Source of the DNA: a virus
Lineage: Duplodnaviria; Caudoviricetes
Length of the DNA stretch: 31,123 nt
Strand: one strand, 5' to 3'
Virus record (IMG/VR): IMGVR_UViG_3300025445_000010
Span: 1-31,123 of that record
Shown: positions 6,759 to 13,685 of the stretch, in pieces
Layout: each line of letters opens with the position of its first letter
Position numbering within the stretch: the first letter of the stretch is position 1
Translations under genes and position numbers: made by a program
The notes under the pieces: model-generated
What the model was told of the DNA's origin: nothing
Database searches by the model: none
What the model saw: the letters and a program-made list of their open reading frames with translations, nothing else

Positions 6759-7750
6759 ATCCGTTTGCTGCGGCATGGCTGCGCAATCTAATCAAAGAAA
6801 AATTGATTCCTGACGGGGATGTAGACGAAAGGTCGATAGCCGATGTTCAGCCAGTGGATCTTAAAGACTATGCCCAGTGTCACTTCTTCGCCGGAATCGG
6901 AGGCTGGGCCTACGCCTTGCAGCTCGCAAGATGGCCAGATGACGAGCCTGTCTGGACCGGCTCCTGCCCCTGCCAGCCATTCAGCGTCGCCGGGCGCGGC
7001 AAGGGAACAGCCGACGAGCGGCACCTCTGGCCAGAGTTCCACCGGCTCATCCGCGAGCGCCGCCCTTCAATCGTCTTTGGCGAGCAGGTTGCAAGCCGCG
7101 CTGGGCGTGAATGGCTCTCCGGAGTGTTTGCTGACCTGGAAGGCGTGGGATATGCCGGCGCGGGAGCCGATCTGTGCGCTGCGAGCGTCGGCGCGCCGCA
7201 CATCCGGCAAAGGCTTTACTGGGTCGCAAGAGCCGTGGCGGACGCCAAACGTGACGGAGCCGGGCATTTCGCAGGAGCGATTGCTGACGAAGGACGGCGA
7301 GCCGTGGACGCCGGGGCAGAGAGCTTACGACGCGGAGACGGGGCGCGTTTGTCAGGTGGGACTGACGCACGAGATCCGCGCGTCGTGGCCGACGCCGACA
7401 GTCCCGAACGGCGGGCGGCAGCCGAAGGGCGGCGCCATGACGACGACCGGCCAGACGCCGGACGGCAAGAAGCGCCAGGTGGATATCAATTTCATCGCGC
7501 AGGCGACGTGGCCGACGCCGACGACGAGGGACGGCAAGGACGGCAGCTTCTGCCCGAATGTGCCGACGAACTCTCTCCTTGGTCGCGAGGCGTGGAGTGG
7601 CGACGGGGAGCCGACGGAAAAGAAAGGCGCGTTAAATCCGGAGTTCGTCTGCTGGTTGATGGGGCTCCCAATAGAGTGGGACGGCTGCGGGGTTACGGTA
7701 ACGCGATCGTCCCGCAAGTCGCGGCAGCGTTCATAAGAGCGTGCCTATGA
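6728..7750 (+). CDS. C5 cytosine DNA methyltransferase, catalytic (alpha-like) polypeptide
   Basis: YYNEID (II), FFAGIGG (I), GSCPCQPFS (IV), FGEQV (VI), GAPHIRQRLYWVA (VIII), RLRGYGNAIVPQVA (X). No recognisable motif IX. Start reassigned to ATG 6728. Confidence 0.9.
   Translation: MGLRTYYNEIDPFAAAWLRNLIKEKLIPDGDVDERSIADVQPVDLKDYAQCHFFAGIGGWAYALQLARWPDDEPVWTGSCPCQPFSVAGRGKGTADERHLWPEFHRLIRERRPSIVFGEQVASRAGREWLSGVFADLEGVGYAGAGADLCAASVGAPHIRQRLYWVARAVADAKRDGAGHFAGAIADEGRRAVDAGAESLRRGDGARLSGGTDARDPRVVADADSPERRAAAEGRRHDDDRPDAGRQEAPGGYQFHRAGDVADADDEGRQGRQLLPECADELSPWSRGVEWRRGADGKERRVKSGVRLLVDGAPNRVGRLRGYGNAIVPQVAAAFIRACL
6843..7736 (+). CDS. Nested +1-frame ORF: putative methyltransferase beta-like polypeptide (WPTP repeats plus motif IX)
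   Basis: 297-codon same-strand ORF wholly inside the methyltransferase gene. Contains WRTP/WPTP/WPTP repeats and ends with LNPEFVCWLMGLPIEW (motif IX-like). True start uncertain (6843, 6870 or 6939). Confidence 0.75.
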   Translation: MFSQWILKTMPSVTSSPESEAGPTPCSSQDGQMTSLSGPAPAPASHSASPGAAREQPTSGTSGQSSTGSSASAALQSSLASRLQAALGVNGSPECLLTWKAWDMPAREPICALRASARRTSGKGFTGSQEPWRTPNVTEPGISQERLLTKDGEPWTPGQRAYDAETGRVCQVGLTHEIRASWPTPTVPNGGRQPKGGAMTTTGQTPDGKKRQVDINFIAQATWPTPTTRDGKDGSFCPNVPTNSLLGREAWSGDGEPTEKKGALNPEFVCWLMGLPIEWDGCGVTVTRSSRKSRQRS

Positions 7751-9027
7751 ACCTTCGACCCTATCAGGAAGTAGCCGCCGATTTCCTGTTTGAGCGTGAT
7801 CGTGCGATGATCCTTGCGCCAGTCGGCGCGGGCAAAACAGCCATCACGCTGACAGCGATGCAGGACATGACAGAGCGAGGGCTGGTCCGGCGCTGGCTGG
7901 TGCTGGCTCCCAAGCGCGTAGCGCAGTCCGTCTGGCCAGTCGAGCGCCCGAAGTGGGCTCCGAAACTGACTATGTCCGTCGCGGTCGGCACGCCAAAGCA
8001 ACGCCGCGCGGCCTTCAAGGCCGACACGCAGGTCGTCGTCACCAACTTCGAGAACGTCGAATCAATCGAAGGGACGTTTGACGGCGTCGTCTTCGACGAA
8101 CTGACGCGGCTGAAGAACCCGTCCGGCGTTCGGTTCAAGAAGCTGGAGAAGCTGATCGAGGGCGTCGAGATCCGCTGGGGCCTGACCGGATCGTTCACGT
8201 CGAACGGGCTGGAGGACGTCTTCGGCCAATGCAAGATCGTGGACCGCGCGCTGCTGGGCCGGTCAAAGGGCGCGTTCATGCAGCAATACTTCTGCTGCAT
8301 CCACCGCGAGTTCGGCATGTGGGAGCCGTTGCCCGGCGCGCTGGAGCGCGTCATGGAGACGATCAAGCCGGCGACCTTTGTCCTTGATCCGGGCGAATAC
8401 AAGGACCGGCTGCCCGAGCTGCACACGGTCGAGATGCGCTGCTCGATGGATCTGGAACCCTACAACCGCATGAAGAAGGACTTTGTGCTGGAGCTGGGCG
8501 AGACGATTACGGCGCCGACCGCAGCGGCCGTCACGACCAAGCTACAGCAACTGGCCGGCGGGTGGGTCTACGGCCCGGCAGGCGCGGAGTGGCTGTCGAC
8601 GCACAAGTATGACCTGCTGGACGAGATCCTCGAAGAGAACCAGCACGACAACACCATCATTGTTTACAACTACAAGGAGGAGCTGGCCGAACTCCAGCGT
8701 CGCTATCCGAAAGCGCGGATGATCGACGGCGCCATCGACGACTGGAACGCCGGCAAGATCGAGCTGCTGCTGCTCCACCCCAAGAGCGCCGGTCACGGGC
8801 TGAACCTTCAGCACGGCGGCAACAAGATCGTCTTTTTGTCCCTGCCGTGGTCGCTCGAACTTTATGAGCAGACCATCGGCCGGCTGCACCGCTCCGGCCA
8901 GACGCGCGACGTGTGGGTCTACAATCTGATCTGTGACAAAACTATTGACGAGAGGATCATGCAAGCGTTAAAGGATAAAAGATCTTTAGCAGAGGTGGCG
9001 CTGGATGAATTACAGAGAACTGCATGA
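7747..9027 (+). CDS. SNF2-like (SF2) helicase
   Basis: LRPYQ, Walker A GAGKT, VVFDE, GLTGS, SAGHGLNLQ, QTIGRLHRSGQ. ATGA overlap with the methyltransferase stop. Confidence 0.92.
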   Translation: MNLRPYQEVAADFLFERDRAMILAPVGAGKTAITLTAMQDMTERGLVRRWLVLAPKRVAQSVWPVERPKWAPKLTMSVAVGTPKQRRAAFKADTQVVVTNFENVESIEGTFDGVVFDELTRLKNPSGVRFKKLEKLIEGVEIRWGLTGSFTSNGLEDVFGQCKIVDRALLGRSKGAFMQQYFCCIHREFGMWEPLPGALERVMETIKPATFVLDPGEYKDRLPELHTVEMRCSMDLEPYNRMKKDFVLELGETITAPTAAAVTTKLQQLAGGWVYGPAGAEWLSTHKYDLLDEILEENQHDNTIIVYNYKEELAELQRRYPKARMIDGAIDDWNAGKIELLLLHPKSAGHGLNLQHGGNKIVFLSLPWSLELYEQTIGRLHRSGQTRDVWVYNLICDKTIDERIMQALKDKRSLAEVALDELQRTA

Positions 9028-9193
9028 AATCATCATGGATCTGTCGGAGACGGAACTCCGGCAGATGCTGGAGGAGGAGCGCCGCGGCGACCGCCGACGC
9101 ACCTTTATGATCCGCCTGCACCAGCGCCTGTGCGCGCTGCGGGCGCAACGGGAGCGGGAGGAGATTGAGCGTGTCTGTTCAGCAAACTCTTGA
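9005..9193 (+). CDS. Small helical hypothetical protein, 62 aa
   Basis: ORF track. RBS GAGGTGG; overlaps both neighbours as in an operon. Confidence 0.7.
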   Translation: MNYRELHEIIMDLSETELRQMLEEERRGDRRRTFMIRLHQRLCALRAQREREEIERVCSANS

Positions 9194-9422
9194 GGATCGT
9201 AACGCGACGCACGGCGACTTTGCCGATCATGCGCGCGCGACGCAGATGCTGAAGACGGTGATCCAGAATCAGCCAGGCTGGAAGGATCTGAACGCCATGC
9301 AGCGCGAGTCGCTAGACATGATCGCTCACAAGATCGGGCGCATATTGGCCGGCAATCCGAACCACGCCGACCACTGGCATGACATTCAGGGCTACGCCAA
9401 GCTGATAGAGGACCGGCTGTGA
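9165..9422 (+). CDS. DUF6378-like phage protein
   Basis: Pattern LEDRNATHGDF...MIAHKIGRILAGNPNHADHWHDIQGYAKL. TTG start with GGAGG RBS. Confidence 0.75.
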   Translation: MSVSVQQTLEDRNATHGDFADHARATQMLKTVIQNQPGWKDLNAMQRESLDMIAHKIGRILAGNPNHADHWHDIQGYAKLIEDRL

Positions 9423-9784
9423 ACAGGGTTAGCAAATACATTCACGTCCGCAGCGGCATCTCCTGCGGCCCCGGCGACGGGCGCCGTGTGCTGCTGTCGT
9501 TACCGCGGGTAGAATGGCTGGAGCGGCAGCCGGACTACGAGCCGTGGCCACCGCTTAAAGAGCCCGTGCCCGTGCCCGTGCCGGACTTTCAGCCGGCGCG
9601 CTACGACCTGCGCCCGCATCTTAGGCGCCATGAACTGTCGCAACGTCAGCGAGACGCTTGGGCGATGCATCTGGGCGGGGCATCGAACCAAAAGATTGCC
9701 GAGTGGATGGGATGCACGACAAACGCCGTCGGGAAATTGTTGGCGCAGGCGCGGGAAAAGCAGGGGATAGGACTGGAGAAATGA
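9419..9784 (+). CDS. Protein with C-terminal sigma-70 region 4 / LuxR-like HTH
   Basis: LSQRQRDAWAMHLGGASNQKIAEWMGCTTNAVGKLLAQAREK. GTGA overlap with the previous gene. Confidence 0.75.
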   Translation: MNRVSKYIHVRSGISCGPGDGRRVLLSLPRVEWLERQPDYEPWPPLKEPVPVPVPDFQPARYDLRPHLRRHELSQRQRDAWAMHLGGASNQKIAEWMGCTTNAVGKLLAQAREKQGIGLEK

Positions 9785-9978
9785 GCATCAAAGGCGTCGG
9801 CAAAGCCGGTCAACACAACGTCTTCATTCTGACCGACCGCGAGAAGCAGGTCTGGGAGATGCGCAAGACGAAAAGCACGAAGGAAGTCGCGGCGATCATC
9901 GGCACGTCAGAAGCAAACGTCCGCAAGTTGTTCGAAAACGCGAGGGACAAGGTATGCTCAGATGGCTCTACTGGGTAA
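9781..9978 (+). CDS. Small stand-alone LuxR/sigma-4-like HTH protein, 65 aa
   Basis: Start reassigned to ATG 9781 (GGAG RBS, ATGA overlap). LTDREKQVWEM...STKEVAAIIGTSEANVRKLFENARDK. Confidence 0.75.
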   Translation: MSIKGVGKAGQHNVFILTDREKQVWEMRKTKSTKEVAAIIGTSEANVRKLFENARDKVCSDGSTG

Positions 9979-10046
9979 TCGCTATCCTGACCGCGCTCAT
10001 CTGGGCGGCGGTGTTGACGTTTACGAATAATGATGGGGTGGGGTGA
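9954..10046 (+). CDS. 30 aa single-pass membrane peptide
   Basis: Below the ORF-track cutoff. MLRWLYWVIAILTALIWAAVLTFTNNDGVG, preceded by GAGGGA. Stop overlaps the next start (TGATG) and the ORF fills the gap exactly. Confidence 0.6.
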   Translation: MLRWLYWVIAILTALIWAAVLTFTNNDGVG

Positions 10047-10291
10047 TGACCGAGCAGGAACGTGAAGAACTGATCGAGCAGATGGCGAATGCAATCTTTG
10101 CGTCCACACATTCCAACGGACGCTACACTCTCGCAAATATGGCCCGTGCCGCACTCGCAGTCGCGGAGCCGGTGATACGGGAGCAATGTGCGAGGATTGC
10201 GGAGAAATCTTTCGGCATTCAGGGGCGTTATGCCCTTCATATCGCCGCCGCTATTCGGGAGGGAGGGGAGGGCAGACATGCCCGGGGATAA
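10046..10291 (+). CDS. Hypothetical phage protein
   Basis: ORF track (start moved to ATG 10046). Ends with REQCARIAE...IAAAIR, a pattern common in small phage accessory proteins. Confidence 0.7.
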   Translation: MTEQEREELIEQMANAIFASTHSNGRYTLANMARAALAVAEPVIREQCARIAEKSFGIQGRYALHIAAAIREGGEGRHARG

Positions 10292-10700
10292 GGAAAGACG
10301 AGACTTTGGGCGGCGACTTTCGGCGATGCTACTTGACAAAGAGATGAGCATGTCGGACCTCGCAAGGGCTGTCTGGGGTGAAACCAGAGTTGATAGCCGT
10401 GGATATGGCGCTGTCGTGGGCAAAGACCGCATCTCCAGCTATTGCGCCGGTAAGACGCTCCCTACTGCATTGACCGCCCGGAAGCTGGCGAAGGCGCTGG
10501 CGTGCGATGTTCGCGACCTACTGCCTAACGACACCGGGGATGGCGGCAACGAACCTGTGCGCGTTACGCTTGACGGATCAGACGCAACCAGACTCCGCGT
10601 GCGGATAGACGCGTTGCTGCCGCCGGATATCGCCATGCAAATAGGCCTGCTCGTCGCGGAAGCCGTCACGTCAGGCAATAACAAAGAGGCAGAGCGGTGA
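10278..10700 (+). CDS. XRE/Cro-like HTH transcriptional regulator
   Basis: FGRRLSAMLLDKEMSMSDLARAVWG...DRISSYCAGKTLP...KLAKALACDVRDLLP. Start reassigned to 10278 (GGAGGG RBS). Confidence 0.8.
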   Translation: MPGDKERRDFGRRLSAMLLDKEMSMSDLARAVWGETRVDSRGYGAVVGKDRISSYCAGKTLPTALTARKLAKALACDVRDLLPNDTGDGGNEPVRVTLDGSDATRLRVRIDALLPPDIAMQIGLLVAEAVTSGNNKEAER

Positions 10701-10747
10701 AAGACGCGTTCGGATTTGCCGCGCCCGCGCCGCTATTCTGGGAAAAG

Positions 10748-11038
10748 TTAAAGCCGAGGCCGCTTGTCCAGAGCCTGACGAAGCTCCTTGATCTCGTCCC
10801 GCAGCGCTTCAATCTCGTCGGTTAAATCCTTGACCCGAGCCTCGTAACCGTCAATCAGCGCCTGAAAGTGGCGGGTGATGCTGTCCATCTTCGACGCCGC
10901 CGCGTCCGCCTCCAGCTTGGTGGTCTCGGCGGCGGCTTTCTTTCTGCCCATCCAGAATCCGATCAGGCCAACGGGAGCCGACAGCGCGGCGCCGTACTCT
11001 TTCAGAGCTTCCAGAAACTCCTGCGCCTCTCGTGTCAT
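10748..11038 (-). CDS. Membrane-anchored coiled-coil protein at end of lysis cassette (holin/antiholin-like)
   Basis: Hydrophobic YGAALSAPVGLIGFWMG followed by RKK and a heptad coiled coil. ATGA-coupled to the spanin. Confidence 0.6.
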   Translation of the reverse strand: MTREAQEFLEALKEYGAALSAPVGLIGFWMGRKKAAAETTKLEADAAASKMDSITRHFQALIDGYEARVKDLTDEIEALRDEIKELRQALDKRPRL

Positions 11039-11292
11039 TTAATCCATCCGCACTTCAGGGCCATGCCGACCGCGTTGTGTTCCTTGATCTGGGCGATTGT
11101 CGGCTTGGTGTCGTGCCGGCTGTAGTAGATTGCCCGCGCGGCGGTGCAGAAGTCAGTCCCTGAGAAACGGGTCTCGCTCGTCGATTGACACGCCGTCACG
11201 AACGGTAGCAGCGCGAACAGCTTCGCGAGCCGCCACGGCGATCTGGGCGTCGCGGACCTGTTCGTTGAGAGCGTCAAGTCGTTCCTGCACAC
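11035..11292 (-). CDS. Putative o-spanin (Rz1-like lipoprotein)
   Basis: Lipobox LLPFVTA-C with two further Cys. Overlaps the i-spanin candidate in another frame. Start uncertain. Confidence 0.7.
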   Translation of the reverse strand: MCRNDLTLSTNRSATPRSPWRLAKLFALLPFVTACQSTSETRFSGTDFCTAARAIYYSRHDTKPTIAQIKEHNAVGMALKCGWIK

Positions 11293-11389
11293 GGCCTGCG
11301 TCCACCATCTTTACGGCGTATAGCCACTCGAAGATCTTGCCAGCGACCGAGAACAAGCCGCTGACAACGGAGAGGATGGCAAGGATCAC
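11153..11389 (-). CDS. Putative i-spanin (Rz-like)
   Basis: N-terminal hydrophobic anchor followed by a helical domain. Overlaps the lipoprotein gene. Confidence 0.65.
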   Translation of the reverse strand: MILAILSVVSGLFSVAGKIFEWLYAVKMVDAGRVQERLDALNEQVRDAQIAVAAREAVRAATVRDGVSIDERDPFLRD

Positions 11390-11553
11390 CGCGTCCCGCC
11401 GGTCACGTTCCAGTCCTTGGCCGCGATCAGACCGATGGCGACCAGTGCGCCTTGGAGATCTTCCCAGTTAATCGACTTCGTCTGCCACGCATTCCATACG
11501 ACCGTCATCAGCGCGAGGATTCCGGGGATCGTGGTCATCCAGTTAGTCAACAT
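11386..11553 (-). CDS. Putative holin, 55 aa, two hydrophobic segments
   Basis: Not in the ORF track. MLTNWMTTIPGILALMTVVWNAWQTKSINWEDLQGALVAIGLIAAKDWNVTGGTR, with GGAG RBS and GTGA overlap with the next gene. Confidence 0.7.
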   Translation of the reverse strand: MLTNWMTTIPGILALMTVVWNAWQTKSINWEDLQGALVAIGLIAAKDWNVTGGTR

Positions 11554-11728
11554 TTCGGCACTCCGTATAGTTGGGCCTTACCTGTTTGCATACCACCTTC
11601 TGGCGTAGCCGGCCAGAGTTCTCGAACCCCGCACCCTCGACCGAGCAGCCCGTGAGCAGCGCCGCGCCCCAGAGCAGCAGCGAGAACATCGTGGACCAGA
11701 TCAGAAAGCGAAGAGTTTCCTGTATCAT
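11543..11728 (-). CDS. Small lipoprotein, 61 aa
   Basis: ATG 11728 overlaps the endolysin stop (ATGA). Signal peptide with lipobox LLTG-C and two further Cys. Confidence 0.65.
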   Translation of the reverse strand: MIQETLRFLIWSTMFSLLLWGAALLTGCSVEGAGFENSGRLRQKVVCKQVRPNYTECRNVD

Positions 11729-12102
11729 GTCTCGATCTGCACATGCGGTCCGTCGACAATCGACTTCCAGTAAAGTCCGTAGGTGATCTGGTTCGTCAAC
11801 CCGAGCGCCTTGGCCGCCGGCTTGAACGCCTTCTCGACGATGGTCTTGTAGTCTTTCAAATCCCACGAGACCTTACCGCCCGGCATAGCGACGAAGTCGA
11901 TGGCCTTACCGCGGAGATGGTAGCTGTTCATCGTGCGGCTCTTGCCGGTCTTGACGAGGTAACGCTGCCGCTCCTTCGTGCGCAGACCCTCGGTGATCTC
12001 AAACGGGATCGGTGAGATCTCTCTCGCCTTCTTCGCCAGCGCGATCAGGTTGGCGTCTACGCCGCGCAGGCGGCTGATGGAGGTTGCGTTGAGCTTTGTC
12101 AT
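11725..12102 (-). CDS. Endolysin, peptidase M15 family (L-Ala-D-Glu peptidase-like)
   Basis: ITEGLRTKERQ...SRTMNSYHLRGKAIDF...DGPHVQ, with Zn ligands H-x6-D and H. Confidence 0.92.
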   Translation of the reverse strand: MTKLNATSISRLRGVDANLIALAKKAREISPIPFEITEGLRTKERQRYLVKTGKSRTMNSYHLRGKAIDFVAMPGGKVSWDLKDYKTIVEKAFKPAAKALGLTNQITYGLYWKSIVDGPHVQIET

Positions 12103-13685
12103 CGGGCCATCGCGTTTGCAGACTGAGAAAGTATCGGCATCGCCAGCGTAGGCACACCGACATTGAAAGGAACGGCAGTCGGCGCGCCGCGCATCATGGC
12201 GGCCGTGTTAGCCGCAGCCCGGCGGGCCAGAACGTTACGGACAGCTCGCCCACCCGCGCCAAGCAGCGCCGCGCTGCCGGCGCCATAAACGGCATATGGG
12301 TCGTCGCTTTTCACGCCATACGCACCTACTAAGCCTTGCGACAACAACATTGCCGGGCTACGTGTAGGCGATACCATGCTGGCAAGATTAGCGAGCGTTG
12401 ACCCCTCCTCGCCGGCAGCGATACGACGAATCATGGCTTTTTCATCTGGCGTAAATTTCCGCATCCGGCCTTCATTCTTGGCCATTGAGCGGAACTGCGA
12501 CTCAATATTTTCGGCGGAGCCACCAGACAGATTGGCGCGATCAATCAGATGCTCAATCTCGGCGCTCTTGGACATCATGCGGTAATCTTTTATGCCGGAC
12601 ATGAGAGCGTCGGCGGCTTCTCTTCCGGCACCGGACATACGCGCCGCGACATTTGTATTCCGATCATTAGTGACAAATTCGTCGAGTTTGTCTGTCAGAA
12701 TGCCGGCCATACGACGCACATCTTTTTCTGAATCTCCGCGCAGCACACCAAGCATTTGCCGGGCGTTATGCAGGCTCTCCATCGTGAGAGGCTGGCTACC
12801 TAGATCTTTCAGCGCGTCAACGGCGACTTTTACATCGGCAAATTTACTGAACCGAGGATCATAACCCTTGAGGTTAGCCTCGATATCATTTGCAAATGTC
12901 TGATATTTAGCTGGGTCATACTGCACACCCATCGATGTGGCGCGCTCAAACGACTCGGCCGCGCGCTCACCAAGCGCCGCCGTTGTTGGCGGTTTGCCGA
13001 GAGCGCCCATGACACCGCGTTGACCAGCCGCCAACGCCGACTCAGCGCCGCGCTGTAACCCAGCCGCGCCGCGAGCGCCTGCCAGACCGCCGCCAACACT
13101 GAGCGCGAGCAGCGCGCGAGGGTCTTCAATTCCCACTTGCTCAGCACGAACGGGAGCAGCGGCCGCGCCCGCACCTGCGCCAGCCTGCACCAGCGGACGT
13201 TCTGCCATCGTAGCCAGCACATTACGCGCCATGCCGGGTGCCGCGCGTCGCGCCAGCACATTAGCCGCGCCTGCGCCGGTCAGCGCGCCCGCGCCGCCCT
13301 CGGCCGCAGCGGCCAGCAGCTCTTCGGCCTCCGTGCGCGGGCGGAACGACTCGGGCGTCAAATAGCCGCGCACGAGTTCAGACGGCGTCCGAACCTGAGA
13401 CGTGCCAAGTTTTGGAGCGGCTAAATTGTAGAGTGACGTCGCCAGATCCGCAGCACCCAACCCCCCGGCGACCAAAGCCGCGCCGGCCGGCCCACCGACG
13501 AGTCCGCCAAGCCCGGCAGCGGCCGCCATCGGCGCGACAGCGCCGCCAGCAACTTCCGCCGCGCGTCCGGCCGTCAGACCCTCAGAAGGCTGGCGCATCA
13601 TGCCAACCCGTTCCATAAGGTCTTCTTGCGTAATACCTTCGGGAACGTTGCGGATAATGGTTCCGTCAGGAAGTCGAACGTCCAT
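12099..13685 (-). CDS. DNA ejection / internal virion protein, 528 aa
   Basis: N-terminus MDVRLPDGTIIRNVPEG and Gly/Ala-rich hydrophobic stretches. Last of three coupled genes following the tail genes. Confidence 0.7.
   Translation of the reverse strand: MDVRLPDGTIIRNVPEGITQEDLMERVGMMRQPSEGLTAGRAAEVAGGAVAPMAAAAGLGGLVGGPAGAALVAGGLGAADLATSLYNLAAPKLGTSQVRTPSELVRGYLTPESFRPRTEAEELLAAAAEGGAGALTGAGAANVLARRAAPGMARNVLATMAERPLVQAGAGAGAAAAPVRAEQVGIEDPRALLALSVGGGLAGARGAAGLQRGAESALAAGQRGVMGALGKPPTTAALGERAAESFERATSMGVQYDPAKYQTFANDIEANLKGYDPRFSKFADVKVAVDALKDLGSQPLTMESLHNARQMLGVLRGDSEKDVRRMAGILTDKLDEFVTNDRNTNVAARMSGAGREAADALMSGIKDYRMMSKSAEIEHLIDRANLSGGSAENIESQFRSMAKNEGRMRKFTPDEKAMIRRIAAGEEGSTLANLASMVSPTRSPAMLLSQGLVGAYGVKSDDPYAVYGAGSAALLGAGGRAVRNVLARRAAANTAAMMRGAPTAVPFNVGVPTLAMPILSQSANAMAR

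Noticed and set aside
10701-10747. Bidirectional terminator or attachment site between the convergent arms
   Set aside because: No convincing stem-loop with U-tract and no repeat elsewhere in the window.
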